Shown: positions 54,037 through 63,586 of the stretch, piece by piece
Layout of the letters: every line of letters starts with the position of its first letter
Numbering within the stretch: the stretch's first letter is position 1
NCBI RefSeq assembly: GCF_040219215.1
Contig: NZ_JAVJSX010000024.1
Coordinates: 32,403-96,402 of the forward strand
DNA length: 64,000 nt
Origin: Thalassobaculum sp.
GTDB lineage: Bacteria; Pseudomonadota; Alphaproteobacteria; Thalassobaculales; Thalassobaculaceae
Direction: 5' to 3'
The notes under the pieces: model-generated
Database searches by the model: none
Told to the model about the DNA's origin: nothing
The model's input: only the letters and a program-made list of their open reading frames with translations
Made by a program: the position numbers and the translations under genes

Positions 54037-54731
54037 CCGCGGCGATGCAGGACCCTTCCGCTCCGGAGGCGAGGCCGCTGTCTCAGACCCAGCGCGCCAT
54101 CGCACTGCTGCGCGAGATGATCATTTCCAACAAGCTGCCGCCCGGCTCGAACCATCTGGAGAGCGAACTGGCGGTCATGCTCGGGATGTCGCGCACGCCG
54201 ATCCGTGAAGCGGCAATCATGCTGGAAGCCCAGGGGCTGGTGGAGGTCAAGCCGCGCCACGGCATCCGGGTCCTACCGATCGCGCCGGCCGACATGGAGG
54301 AAATCTACTCGATCCTCACCGAGTTGGAATCGCTCGCCGCATACAACCTGGCAAACTCCCAGCCGGGCGACGCGGCGTTGGCGGAACTGCGGCAGCACAT
54401 CGACGAGATGGACGCGGCGTTGGCGGCCGACGACCGTCACCGCTGGGCACGGGCTGACGACGCGTTCCACCGGTCGCTGATCAGGCTTGCCGGCAACCGA
54501 CGGCTTGAGACGGTGGTCACCACTTACTCGGACCAAGTGCACCGGGCCCGCCTGCTCACCCTGTTCATGCGCCCGGCGCCGAGCGCTTCGAACAACGACC
54601 ACCGCCGGCTGGTCGATGCGATCGCCGCCGGGGAAGCCGAGGCTGCGCAGGCGATCCACCGCGCCCATCGGATCGACGCCAAGAATATGATGCTGAAGCT
54701 AATCGCCGCACACGGCTTCAGCGCGGTCTAG
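54033..54731 (+). CDS. GntR family transcriptional regulator (FadR/FCD subfamily)
   Basis: ...ESELAVMLGMSRTPIREAAIMLEAQGLVEVKPRHGIRV... winged HTH plus a helical FCD domain. Confidence 0.85.
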   Translation: MTAAMQDPSAPEARPLSQTQRAIALLREMIISNKLPPGSNHLESELAVMLGMSRTPIREAAIMLEAQGLVEVKPRHGIRVLPIAPADMEEIYSILTELESLAAYNLANSQPGDAALAELRQHIDEMDAALAADDRHRWARADDAFHRSLIRLAGNRRLETVVTTYSDQVHRARLLTLFMRPAPSASNNDHRRLVDAIAAGEAEAAQAIHRAHRIDAKNMMLKLIAAHGFSAV

Positions 54732-56182
54732 TCGCGGAACTCCGGCCCGGCCCGCACCGTGCCCCAGAAACCATCCGGCGTGTCGAGCATCGAGCGGAAA
54801 CCTGTACGCTCCAGCATCAGTTCGGTCTCGCGTTGCGCCTCGTCCAGCACCGCGCCCTCATCGACGCGGGTGGGCTTGCGATCCTCGAGCACGACCTCGC
54901 CATCGACGATCACGGTGTGCACGTCGTTGCCGTTGGCGAAGTAGACCAGCCGGAACACCGGCATGTTGAACGGATAGAGGTGGGGGCGCCGCAGGTCGAC
55001 CAGCACCACGTCGGCCTTCTTGCCAACCTCCAGCGATCCGATCTCCGCGTCCAGCCCGAGCGCCCGCGCCGCGTCGATCGTGACCATCTCCAGGGTCTTG
55101 CCGGGCGGCAGCCAGCTCGGATCCCGATGAAAGGTCCGGTGGTAGTGCATGCACTGCTGCATGTGGCGGAACAGGTCCCCGGAACGGTCGGGTGCCGTGG
55201 CGTCGGAGCCGATGCAAACCGTGACGCCGGCCTCCATCAGTTCGGTCACCGGACAGCGCGCCAGGATCGCCGCCACCGCGCTCGGGTTGTGGACGATCCG
55301 GGTGTCGGTCTCGGCGCAGATCGCAACCTCCTCCCCGGTCAGCCCGGTGGCGTGCGACAGCAGCGCATCGGGTCCGAGTAGTCCGAGGGCGTGGGCGAAT
55401 TTCACGCTGCCGGTCGTGTGGCCATCCTGGGTGAACACCAGCCCCCGGTCGCGCGACAGGGTGCGCATCGCCACCGCCTGCGCCTTGGCCTCTCCGAGCA
55501 TCTCGGCTCCCAACTCGGCGACGTGCTCGTCGCGCAGGGTCGGGGTGATCAGCGCGATGCGGATCCGTCCGCCGTGGGTGTCGTGCCAGTCGTCGATCAG
55601 GGTGCGGCATGTCGCCAGCTGGTCAGCAAACGTCACCATGCGATCCTGACTGGACCCACCCTGCCAGCGGGCATAGCGGCGCGGGTGCGGCGGGCGGGTG
55701 GAGCCGACGGCAACCACCGAGCGGGTGCCGACCTCGACCACCCCGGCGCAGTGCGCGGCCCCATAGGCCGGCTCGTCGGTGCGCATAATCGTGTCGCCGC
55801 CGCCGAGCAGGGACACACCGGTCGTCACTCCGAACTTCAGGCGCTCCAGGGCGGCCAGCTTGGCCTCCGCGTGCCAGAACGCCTCGGTCGAGGCCACGGT
55901 GTAGACCGTCTCGCAGGCCTGGTACCACAGCGCGCCGTTGCCGCCGCCCATGGTCTTGATCAGGCCGTGCCCGGCGTGGGCATGCCCGTCCACCAGTCCG
56001 GGCATCACCGCCTTGCCGCGCGCATCGATCACCTTCGGAGCGGAATGCCGGGTGGTAACCTCTGCGGTCGACCCGACGGCGACGATCCGATCCTTCTCGA
56101 TCGCCACAGCGCCGTCCTCGATCACCCGTCGTTGCCCGTCGATCGTGACGACGATGCCGTTGACGATGAGCGTGTCGGCCAT
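54728..56182 (-). CDS. Amidohydrolase family protein (chlorohydrolase / aminodeaminase-like)
   Basis: 484 aa. ...VMPGLVDGHAHAGHG... is the HxH metal motif. ...CIGSDATAPD... is the C-terminal Asp motif. Confidence 0.85.
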   Translation of the reverse strand: MADTLIVNGIVVTIDGQRRVIEDGAVAIEKDRIVAVGSTAEVTTRHSAPKVIDARGKAVMPGLVDGHAHAGHGLIKTMGGGNGALWYQACETVYTVASTEAFWHAEAKLAALERLKFGVTTGVSLLGGGDTIMRTDEPAYGAAHCAGVVEVGTRSVVAVGSTRPPHPRRYARWQGGSSQDRMVTFADQLATCRTLIDDWHDTHGGRIRIALITPTLRDEHVAELGAEMLGEAKAQAVAMRTLSRDRGLVFTQDGHTTGSVKFAHALGLLGPDALLSHATGLTGEEVAICAETDTRIVHNPSAVAAILARCPVTELMEAGVTVCIGSDATAPDRSGDLFRHMQQCMHYHRTFHRDPSWLPPGKTLEMVTIDAARALGLDAEIGSLEVGKKADVVLVDLRRPHLYPFNMPVFRLVYFANGNDVHTVIVDGEVVLEDRKPTRVDEGAVLDEAQRETELMLERTGFRSMLDTPDGFWGTVRAGPEFRD

Positions 56183-56276
56183 GGTGGATCTCCGGAACAG
56201 GAAGGGGCGGGCGTGTCGGCAGCAGCCTCCTACCGGCAGCGGCCGAACTCAACCCGCAAGATTCGCAAGCGATTGG

Positions 56277-57674
56277 CTATCCGGCTGAACCACGAAACCA
56301 GGCACCGCCACTGATCGCCACCGCCATCGTGGCTCCATAGACGACAAGGCCAAGGGCAACCGCCGCGAACAGCCAATCGATCGAACCGGTCAGGCGCAAC
56401 GCCAACCAGCCGCCGCCCATCGCGACGAGCAAGCGCAGGAACCCGCTGCACAGCGGCCACAGCAGGCGTCCCGCCCCTTGCGAGGCGAAGTACAACGCTA
56501 GGCCGAGACCGAAGAAGCCGTAGGACGGCCCGACGATCCGCAGATAGGCGCTCCCGGCCTCGATCATTGCCGGTTCCGCACTGAACAGCGCCAGCCAGGC
56601 CTGCGGCCAGATCGCGGCAGCCAGACCGATCGTTTCGGTCAGCGCGAACGCCAAGCCCCCGCCGATCACCGCGATGCGCAGCGCCCGCTCCTGGTTTCCG
56701 GCACCGATGTTCGTGCCGACCAGCGCCACCAGCGGGGCGCCGAGACCGAAGACCAGGGGTACCAGCAGGTACTCCAGCCGGACGGCCGTGCCGAACCCGG
56801 CGATGGCATCGGTGCCGGCGGCACTGGCGACCAACCCGGTCACCACCGCGACCGTCACGTTGGTCTGCAGCGAGGTAATCGACCCCACCGCTCCGATTCG
56901 CAGGATGTCGCGGAGCGGCAGCCAGCGCAGCCGAACCCATCGGAACCGTGCAAGATTGCGGCCGGCCAGGATATACCAGCCGAGCACCGCCGTGCCGGCG
57001 GCGTAGTACAGCACCAGCGCCGCGCCGCCGCCCGCGATGCCCATCGCCGGAATCGGCCCCAGTCCGAAGATCAGCACCGGCGACAGCGGCACCAGCAGCA
57101 CGACCCCGCCGCAGATCACCAGGGCCGGCACCAGCATGTTGCCGGTGCCGCGGATCACGCTTGCCAACCCGTTCATCACCCACAGCAAGGCGTTGCCACC
57201 GAACACCACGGCGGAATAGATCACCGCCGCCTCAAGCGCTGCGCCTTCGCCGCCGAGCAGGCCGTACAAGGATCGGCCGTACAGCAGCATCAACCCCGAG
57301 ACTGCGAGGCCGAGCACCACGTTGATCGCGATTGCGTGCAGGACCAGCGCGTCGGCCTCATCGCGCCGGTCGCCACCCAGGGCGCGGGCGATCGCCGAGG
57401 AGATGCCGCCGCCCATCGCACCGGCCGAGATCATCTGGGTGAGCATCAGCACCGGGAACACCAGCGCCATGCCGGCCAGCGCGTCGGTGCCGAGATGCGA
57501 CACCCACCAGGTCTCGATCAGCCCGGTCGACGCCTGAGCCACCATGATCAGGACGTTCGGCCACGCCATGCGCAGCAGCATCGGCACGATCGGATCGTTC
57601 AGCATCCGCTGGGTGCGCGCGTTCATCCGCGATGCCGGCACCGTCACTGGCGGCATCTTTGCGTCGACGTTCAT
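56277..57674 (-). CDS. MATE family efflux transporter
   Basis: ATG at 57674 overlaps the HxlR stop (ATGA). 12 TM helices. ...LLRMAWPNVLIMVAQASTGLIETWWVSHLGTDALAGMALVFP... is typical of NorM/DinF-type MATE proteins. Confidence 0.9.
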   Translation of the reverse strand: MNVDAKMPPVTVPASRMNARTQRMLNDPIVPMLLRMAWPNVLIMVAQASTGLIETWWVSHLGTDALAGMALVFPVLMLTQMISAGAMGGGISSAIARALGGDRRDEADALVLHAIAINVVLGLAVSGLMLLYGRSLYGLLGGEGAALEAAVIYSAVVFGGNALLWVMNGLASVIRGTGNMLVPALVICGGVVLLVPLSPVLIFGLGPIPAMGIAGGGAALVLYYAAGTAVLGWYILAGRNLARFRWVRLRWLPLRDILRIGAVGSITSLQTNVTVAVVTGLVASAAGTDAIAGFGTAVRLEYLLVPLVFGLGAPLVALVGTNIGAGNQERALRIAVIGGGLAFALTETIGLAAAIWPQAWLALFSAEPAMIEAGSAYLRIVGPSYGFFGLGLALYFASQGAGRLLWPLCSGFLRLLVAMGGGWLALRLTGSIDWLFAAVALGLVVYGATMAVAISGGAWFRGSAG

Positions 57675-58201
57675 GAGGGCGCCTTCACGGAGTCGGCCGC
57701 CTTCGGATCGCGCCCGTCGTAGCGGCGGCGGACCCGATGATCGGCCGCCGGACCGGGGGCCGAGCGGAACACCGGATCGCTGAGCGGCAGCCCGCTGACC
57801 CGATCCACCAGCACCGGATCGGCAGTCTCGCCGGTTTCGCGGTTGACGATCAGCACACTGGCACCTTCCGGGGCGAAGTGGCGGTTGCCCCAGGCCAGCA
57901 TCGCCTGCAGCACCGGCCGGAACTCCCGTCCGCACTCGGTCGGCACATACTCGTCGCGCGGTGGCCGCTCGCTGTAGCGCCGCCGCTCCAGGAGGCCGGT
58001 TTCCACAAGGGAATTCAGCCGCCGGGTCAGCATGTTCGGCGCGATCCCCAGGCTCTTCTGGAACTCGTCGAACCGGGTCAATCCGTGGAGCGCGTCCCGC
58101 ATGATCAGGATGCTCCACCACTCGCCCACCCGCTCAAGGCTGCGGGCGATCGGACACGGCAAGTTGCCAAAGCTTTTCCGCTGCATGAGCGGACCGTGCA
58201 T
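57671..58201 (-). CDS. HxlR family transcriptional regulator
   Basis: ...CPIARSLERVGEWWSILIMRDALHGLTRFDEFQKSLGIAPNMLTRRLNSLVETGLLERRRY... is the HxlR wHTH. The start may instead be the ATG at 58186. Confidence 0.85.
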   Translation of the reverse strand: MHGPLMQRKSFGNLPCPIARSLERVGEWWSILIMRDALHGLTRFDEFQKSLGIAPNMLTRRLNSLVETGLLERRRYSERPPRDEYVPTECGREFRPVLQAMLAWGNRHFAPEGASVLIVNRETGETADPVLVDRVSGLPLSDPVFRSAPGPAADHRVRRRYDGRDPKAADSVKAPS

Positions 58202-58438
58202 CAGTTACTATCATGATGCAAGTTAGAATTCTTTGCCGGTTCGACGGACTAAATACGCCATGGGGCCATCGGCCGTGGAGCGTCCGCCTGCCGGCCTGGA
58301 AACAGCACTGCCCACGCGACGACGCCGCCCGCCATCGCACGACAAGATGGAGCAAAATTCTCTGCGGTTCGGATCGAAGGATGGATTCCCAGGACGACCT
58401 ATAGGCCGTCGAATGCAGGCACGACCTAACTCGGCTCT

Positions 58439-59128
58439 TTACTCAGCCGCCTCGCGCCGCAGCAGCAGCCTTTGCTCGACCTTGGCCAGATGCCGGCGCA
58501 TCGCGCGGGTCGCCTCCTCGACGTCGCGCTCCTCAATAGCAGCGACGATCGCTTCGTGGTCCCCGAAGCTATGGTGGTCGGCTGGCGGTTGAGCAGGCTG
58601 GTCCCGCAGGCGACCCCAGACAACGGTGCGTCGGATCGCGTTGAGCGAGTCGAACAGAGACAGCAGAACGACGTTCCGCGCAGCCTCGGCCACCGCACGG
58701 TGCAGGCGGTTGTCCCAGTTCTCGTACTGTCGCCAGGACTCCGCCCGGCGCGCGCCGGACAGGCAGCGGTGCATCTCGTCGATATCCTCGGTGGTGGCCT
58801 GCAGCGCCGCCTCGCCCGTCAACAGCGGCTCGATCAGCAGGCGGGCACGCATCACCTCTGACGGATTGGTTTGACCCGCGACGGCGGCAATGGTCGAAAG
58901 CTCCTCGACCGGGCGGGTACCGATGAACGTACCCTTGCCGACGTGGCGCCAGAGATCGCCGGCCGATTCCAGTGTCGCCAGCGCCTTGCGCAACTCGCCG
59001 CGCGGAACCCCCAGCAGATCGCAGAGCTCCCGCTCTGGAGGCAGCCTGGAGTTATCCGGCAGATGGCGTTGCGCCAAATAGGCCTTGAGCTGCGTCAGGG
59101 CGCTCTGTCCGCCATCCATTCCGATCAC
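58439..59128 (-). CDS. GntR family transcriptional regulator (FadR/FCD subfamily)
   Basis: ...PPERELCDLLGVPRGELRKALATLESAGDLWRHVGKGTFI... plus a helical FCD domain. Divergent from the ABC transporter operon. Confidence 0.85.
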   Translation of the reverse strand: MIGMDGGQSALTQLKAYLAQRHLPDNSRLPPERELCDLLGVPRGELRKALATLESAGDLWRHVGKGTFIGTRPVEELSTIAAVAGQTNPSEVMRARLLIEPLLTGEAALQATTEDIDEMHRCLSGARRAESWRQYENWDNRLHRAVAEAARNVVLLSLFDSLNAIRRTVVWGRLRDQPAQPPADHHSFGDHEAIVAAIEERDVEEATRAMRRHLAKVEQRLLLRREAAE

Positions 59129-59202
59129 CCAGCCCCGAAATCAGAGTCCACGCCTTGATGCCACCCATTACTCTGGCCACTCCTCGACCGTCAAGAATCC
59201 TG

Positions 59203-59230
59203 ATTGGTCAAATTCATTTGCTTAACCAAT
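59203..59230. promoter_or_regulatory. Candidate GntR operator in the divergent promoter region
   Basis: Inverted repeat ATTGGTCA (59203-59210) and TTAACCAAT (59222-59230). The arms contain the GT...AC core typical of FadR-subfamily GntR operators. It lies between the GntR start (59128) and the transporter start (59318). Confidence 0.35.
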
Positions 59231-59317
59231 TTGAAAATGGTTACGCTCGAACCAAGGCTGCGGAATCGGCAGATACACGCCTAACGAGCAACCACGCGGC
59301 CGTGGGAGGAAGCAGCG

Positions 59318-60313
59318 ATGAACATGATGGTCAGCAGAACAATGCGTGGTCTGGCACTCGCTGCGGGCGTCACCGCGATGCTGGCTACGGCCGGTCCTGC
59401 CGCCGCCGCAGGCAAAGTGCGTGTCGCCCTCGGCGACGTACTCTCGGTGGAGACGCTGGCCGTCGCGATTGCGCTGGAACGAGCCAAGGACCGCGGCGTC
59501 GACTACGAGATGACCGCCTTCGCCAAGGAGGAACTGGCGATTCAGTCGATCGTCAACGGCCAGATGGACATCGGGATCGGCACGCCATACTCGGTCATCC
59601 AGAAGTCCAAGGTGCCGCTGAAGATTGTCTTTCAGATGTCGCGACTGGTGTTCTTTCCGGTCGTCAGCAACAAGTACCCGGACTGGAAGTCACTGAACGG
59701 ACAGCCTTTTACCTTCCACGCCCGCGGCACCGGAACCGAGGCCATCGGCAACATCATCGCGAAGCGGGAAGGCATCCAGTTTGGCGATCGCAGCTACGTC
59801 CCGGGGTCGGAGAACCGGATCATCGCCATGATGAACGGCCAGATCGACGCAACCATCGTCGACCTCGCCAACAAGAACCTGCTGATGTCCAAGGCGTCCG
59901 ACCGGTTCCACGTGCTGCCCGGCCTCGACGATCCGGCCAGCGACGAGCTGATCTTCGCGAGTGCCGGCTGGCTGAAGGACAACCAGCAGGCCGCCGACAT
60001 CATCGTAGAGGAACTGCTGCGACTGTGGCGGGACATGAAGTCCAATCCCGCCATTGTCGAAGAGGAACGCGCCAAGCGCGGCCTGCTCAGCGACCAGCCG
60101 AAGGAGATCCTTGCCGAGGTTGTCCCGTTCTACACTGAAGGAGCCAAGGAAGGCCTGTTCGATCCGAAAGGCGGCGGCGCCAAGGCGGCCAAGGCCGACT
60201 TCGACTTCTACACCGAGGCTGGCCAGATGCAGGGACCGGCATCGAGCCTGAAGGTCGGGGACTACTGGGACCTGGGTCCTCTGGAAAGAGCGGCGAAGAA
60301 GCTTGGCGGGTGA
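59318..60313 (+). CDS. ABC transporter substrate-binding protein (NMT1/THI5 / NitT-TauT-like)
   Basis: Signal peptide MNMMVSRTMRGLALAAGVTAMLATAGPAAAA, then a periplasmic binding-protein fold. Context is permease-ATPase-permease. Confidence 0.8.
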   Translation: MNMMVSRTMRGLALAAGVTAMLATAGPAAAAGKVRVALGDVLSVETLAVAIALERAKDRGVDYEMTAFAKEELAIQSIVNGQMDIGIGTPYSVIQKSKVPLKIVFQMSRLVFFPVVSNKYPDWKSLNGQPFTFHARGTGTEAIGNIIAKREGIQFGDRSYVPGSENRIIAMMNGQIDATIVDLANKNLLMSKASDRFHVLPGLDDPASDELIFASAGWLKDNQQAADIIVEELLRLWRDMKSNPAIVEEERAKRGLLSDQPKEILAEVVPFYTEGAKEGLFDPKGGGAKAAKADFDFYTEAGQMQGPASSLKVGDYWDLGPLERAAKKLGG

Positions 60314-61155
60314 CCGGACCGCACACCTCCGGCCCGGCGACTTCACCCACCGCCGGGCCTCCTTTGCTTCTCCGACAACGGGCCCCGATCATCGTGAACG
60401 CGATCCTTACCCACGCCATTAGCCTCCGGCTGCTCTCGGTGATCGTCGTCTGTGGCGCCTGGGAGTACGGCGGGCGGGTGCCGATCAGCCCGGCGTTTCC
60501 GACCTTCGGGGAAACCATGGCCGCCCTGGGCGGTCTGCTGGCCGACGGATCGTTGCAGCAGGCGTTCCTGATCACCCTGCAACCGCTCGCCCTCGGCCTG
60601 TTGATCTCCGTGGTCGTCGGGATCGCGCTGGGTGTCACCATGGGGTTGAGCCAGCCCGCCGAGTGGCTCGGCTCGCCGCTGTTCATCATCGCCCAGTCGG
60701 CCCCCCTGGCGGCGCTGATCCCGATCCTGACCTTCGCCTACGGCATCGGCCTGACCTCGAAGGTTCTGACGGTGTGCATCATGGCAATGCCGGTGATCGT
60801 ACTGAACTCGCTGAACGCGGTACGCCACACCCCAGCCAACCTGCTGGAGATGTGCCACGCCTTCCTCGGCAACCGAGCCCAGGTGATCTGGAAGATCATT
60901 CTGCCGGCTGCTGCACCGGTGATCTTTGCCGGGCTGCGCCTCGGCTGCGCCGCCGGCTTTATCGGCGTCATCCTGGCCGAGCTGCTGATCACCCCGACCG
61001 GGATCGGCGACATCATCACCTACAACCAATCGATCGCGGACTACCCGAAGATGTACGCCGCGATCTTCTCGATCATCGTGTTCTCGGTGCTGTTCATCGA
61101 ACTGGTCGAACGGATGGAGATCACCTTGTTCCGACCGGAGAAACGCGCCGTATGA
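60310..61155 (+). CDS. ABC transporter permease (BPD_transp_1 type)
   Basis: Multiple TM helices and the EAA-like loop ...LLEMCHAFLGNRAQVIWKIILPAAAPVIFAGLRLG.... The start may lie further downstream, at about 60396. Confidence 0.8.
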   Translation: MTGPHTSGPATSPTAGPPLLLRQRAPIIVNAILTHAISLRLLSVIVVCGAWEYGGRVPISPAFPTFGETMAALGGLLADGSLQQAFLITLQPLALGLLISVVVGIALGVTMGLSQPAEWLGSPLFIIAQSAPLAALIPILTFAYGIGLTSKVLTVCIMAMPVIVLNSLNAVRHTPANLLEMCHAFLGNRAQVIWKIILPAAAPVIFAGLRLGCAAGFIGVILAELLITPTGIGDIITYNQSIADYPKMYAAIFSIIVFSVLFIELVERMEITLFRPEKRAV

Positions 61156-61952
61156 CCGCCGTCGCCAAACCAACCTTCGCCGCCCAGCCGGCGCCTCCCA
61201 CCGCCGTCCGGATTCGAGAGGTCACCAAGATCTATCCCGGCGGGGTCGAGGCACTCTCCGGAATCGATCTGGACATCCCGGAGGGGCGCCTGACGACCCT
61301 GCTCGGGCCATCGGGTTGCGGCAAGACCACGCTGCTGAAGATCATCGCCGGCCTGCTGCCGGCCACCAGCGGAACCGTGGAGGTGGACGGTGCGCTGGTC
61401 ACCGGACCCGGCCCGGAGCGGGCCTTCGTATTCCAGGATTTCGCGCTGATGCCGTGGGCCACGGTGATGCGCAACGTCGCCTTCGGTCTCGAACTGCGCG
61501 GCGTTGCCAAGTCCGAGCGCGAGGCGGTGGCGGAGAAGTACATCGCCGCGGTCGGCCTGAAGGGCTTCGAGACCGCCTACCCGCACGCCCTGTCCGGCGG
61601 CATGCGCCAGAGGGTCGGGCTGGCCAGGGCGCTGGCCGTGGACGCCAAGGTCCTCCTCATGGACGAACCGTTCTCGGCTGTCGACGAGCAAACCCGTCGC
61701 AAGTTCCAGGAGGACATGCTGGATCTGGTGGCTCGCGAGCGGAAGACCTTCGTGTTCGTCACCCACTCGATCGAGGAGGCGGTCTACCTCTCGGACCGTA
61801 TCGTTCTGCTGGCGCGTCGGCCGAGCCGGGTAACCACGATCGTGGAACCGGACATTCCTCGCGGCGCCGACGCGGACAGCATCCGCCGCGACCCGGTCTA
61901 TCTCGACACGGTCGAGGAGATCTGGCGAGGCCTGAAGCAGTACCTGGATTGA
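61152..61952 (+). CDS. ABC transporter ATP-binding protein
   Basis: Walker A GPSGCGKTT, signature LSGGMRQRVGLARA, Walker B VLLMDEPFSAVD. ATGA overlap with the permease stop. Confidence 0.9.
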   Translation: MTAVAKPTFAAQPAPPTAVRIREVTKIYPGGVEALSGIDLDIPEGRLTTLLGPSGCGKTTLLKIIAGLLPATSGTVEVDGALVTGPGPERAFVFQDFALMPWATVMRNVAFGLELRGVAKSEREAVAEKYIAAVGLKGFETAYPHALSGGMRQRVGLARALAVDAKVLLMDEPFSAVDEQTRRKFQEDMLDLVARERKTFVFVTHSIEEAVYLSDRIVLLARRPSRVTTIVEPDIPRGADADSIRRDPVYLDTVEEIWRGLKQYLD

Positions 61953-61959
61953 GGAAGAG

Positions 61960-62715
61960 ATGATCATCGCCGGCTACCGCATCCCGCTGTTCGCCTCGCT
62001 GCTGGTCTGGGGGTTGATCTGGGAGCTGTTCGGCCAGTTGGGTGCGACCCTGGTGGTTCCGCCGCTGTCCGCCGTTCTGGATCGCATGGTCGAGATCGTC
62101 CCGACCAAGGTGTTTGCCAGCGCGTTGTGGATCACCGGCAAGGCGTTCTTTGCAGGCGTGCTGATCGCCGTGCTGGTGGGAGTGCCGCTCGGCGTGTGCA
62201 TGGGACGCTCGGTGATCATGGACCGGCTGCTGCTGCCCTGGGTGAACCTGTTCCTTTCGGCACCGCTGACCGCGCTGGTCCCGGTGATCATGGTGCTGTT
62301 CGGGTTCGGGCAGACCACCATCATTCTCACGGTGGTGCTGTTCGCCATCTGGATCATCGTGCTCGATGCCCGCGCCGGAGTACGGGCGATCTCGCCGTCG
62401 CTGGTGGAAATGGCACACAGCTTTGGTGCGACGCGATGGCAGGCGTTCCGGCACATCTACATGTGGGCGGCACTGCCGGAGATCCTGTCGGGGGTTCGCC
62501 TCGGCATGATCCGCGCGGTCAAGGGAGTGGTGATCGGCCAGCTTCTGGTGTCGATCGTCGGATTTGGGCGGCTGTTCGAATTGTACTCGTCGCGGTTCCT
62601 GATGGAGCATTTCTGGGCGCTGCTGTTCGTCCTCTTCGCCTTTGCCTTTGCGATCAACGAAGGCCTCGCGTGGCTTGAGCGCAAGGTCGAGTACTACGCC
62701 GCGTCGCGCGGCTGA
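61960..62715 (+). CDS. ABC transporter permease (second membrane subunit)
   Basis: 251 aa. Six TM helices and the EAA-like loop ...LVEMAHSFGATRWQAFRHIYMWAALPEILSGVRLG.... Confidence 0.85.
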   Translation: MIIAGYRIPLFASLLVWGLIWELFGQLGATLVVPPLSAVLDRMVEIVPTKVFASALWITGKAFFAGVLIAVLVGVPLGVCMGRSVIMDRLLLPWVNLFLSAPLTALVPVIMVLFGFGQTTIILTVVLFAIWIIVLDARAGVRAISPSLVEMAHSFGATRWQAFRHIYMWAALPEILSGVRLGMIRAVKGVVIGQLLVSIVGFGRLFELYSSRFLMEHFWALLFVLFAFAFAINEGLAWLERKVEYYAASRG

Positions 62716-62739
62716 TCCCCCACCTGGAGACAACCGTCC

Positions 62740-63426
62740 ATGACCACCGTTTTTCCCGCCGCCGCGCCCGCGACCCTTGCCGTTCGAGGCAGTGGCGTCG
62801 TCTTTCCGGTGCACCGCATCTACTGCGTCGGCCGCAACTACGCAGCCCACACCATCGAGATGGGCGGCGACCCGGATCGCGAGGATCCCTTCTTCTTCCA
62901 GAAGAACCCCGACAACCTGGTGCTTGGTGGTGCCGACTTCCCCTATCCGCCGAAGTCGAGCGACGTGCACCACGAAATCGAAATGGTGGTGGCGCTGCAC
63001 AAGGGCGGCAGCGACATTCCGCTGAAGGCGGCCATGGACTGCGTCTACGGCTACGCCGTCGGTTTGGACATGACACGGCGCGATCTGCAGGGTGCCTGCA
63101 AGCAGGCCGGCCGGCCGTGGGAGATCGGCAAGGCGTTCGAACACTCCGCTCCGTGCAGCGACCTGGCCCCCGCCTCCGAGATCGGCCATCCGGCAAACGG
63201 CGCGATCTGGTTGAAGGTCAACGGCGAAACCCGACAGACCGGTGACCTGAACCAGATGATCTGGAAGGTGCCGGAAATGATCTCCTATCTGTCGGGCCTG
63301 TTCGAACTGCGGCCTGGCGACCTCATCATGTCCGGCACCCCGTCCGGGGTCGGACCGGTGCAGCGCGGCGATGTTCTGCACGGGCATGTCGACGGTGTCG
63401 GTGACCTGCATACAAAAGTAGTCTGA
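62740..63426 (+). CDS. Fumarylacetoacetate hydrolase family protein
   Basis: ...RIYCVGRNYAAHTIEMGGDP...HHEIEMVVAL...GYAVGLDMTRRDLQ...PGDLIMSGTPSGVG.... Confidence 0.85.
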   Translation: MTTVFPAAAPATLAVRGSGVVFPVHRIYCVGRNYAAHTIEMGGDPDREDPFFFQKNPDNLVLGGADFPYPPKSSDVHHEIEMVVALHKGGSDIPLKAAMDCVYGYAVGLDMTRRDLQGACKQAGRPWEIGKAFEHSAPCSDLAPASEIGHPANGAIWLKVNGETRQTGDLNQMIWKVPEMISYLSGLFELRPGDLIMSGTPSGVGPVQRGDVLHGHVDGVGDLHTKVV

Positions 63427-63586
63427 CCCGGCTGACGTCAGTTCACCGTTGTTTTTGACACCGTCGGGGACCGGCAGAGCCCACCGGTTAAGGATGCGTT
63501 AAGCTCAATCGGTCAGGTTGGCGCGAACACCGTGCGTTCGACGCGGCGAACCAATTCATGTGCGCGCCGCAGCGAGGGTGCTTGGA

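Noticed and set aside
63431-63440. 10-bp palindrome CTGACGTCAG after the FAH gene.
   Set aside because: It is a perfect palindrome but has no loop, so it is not a terminator hairpin. It is a single occurrence with no linked regulator, and no function can be supported.
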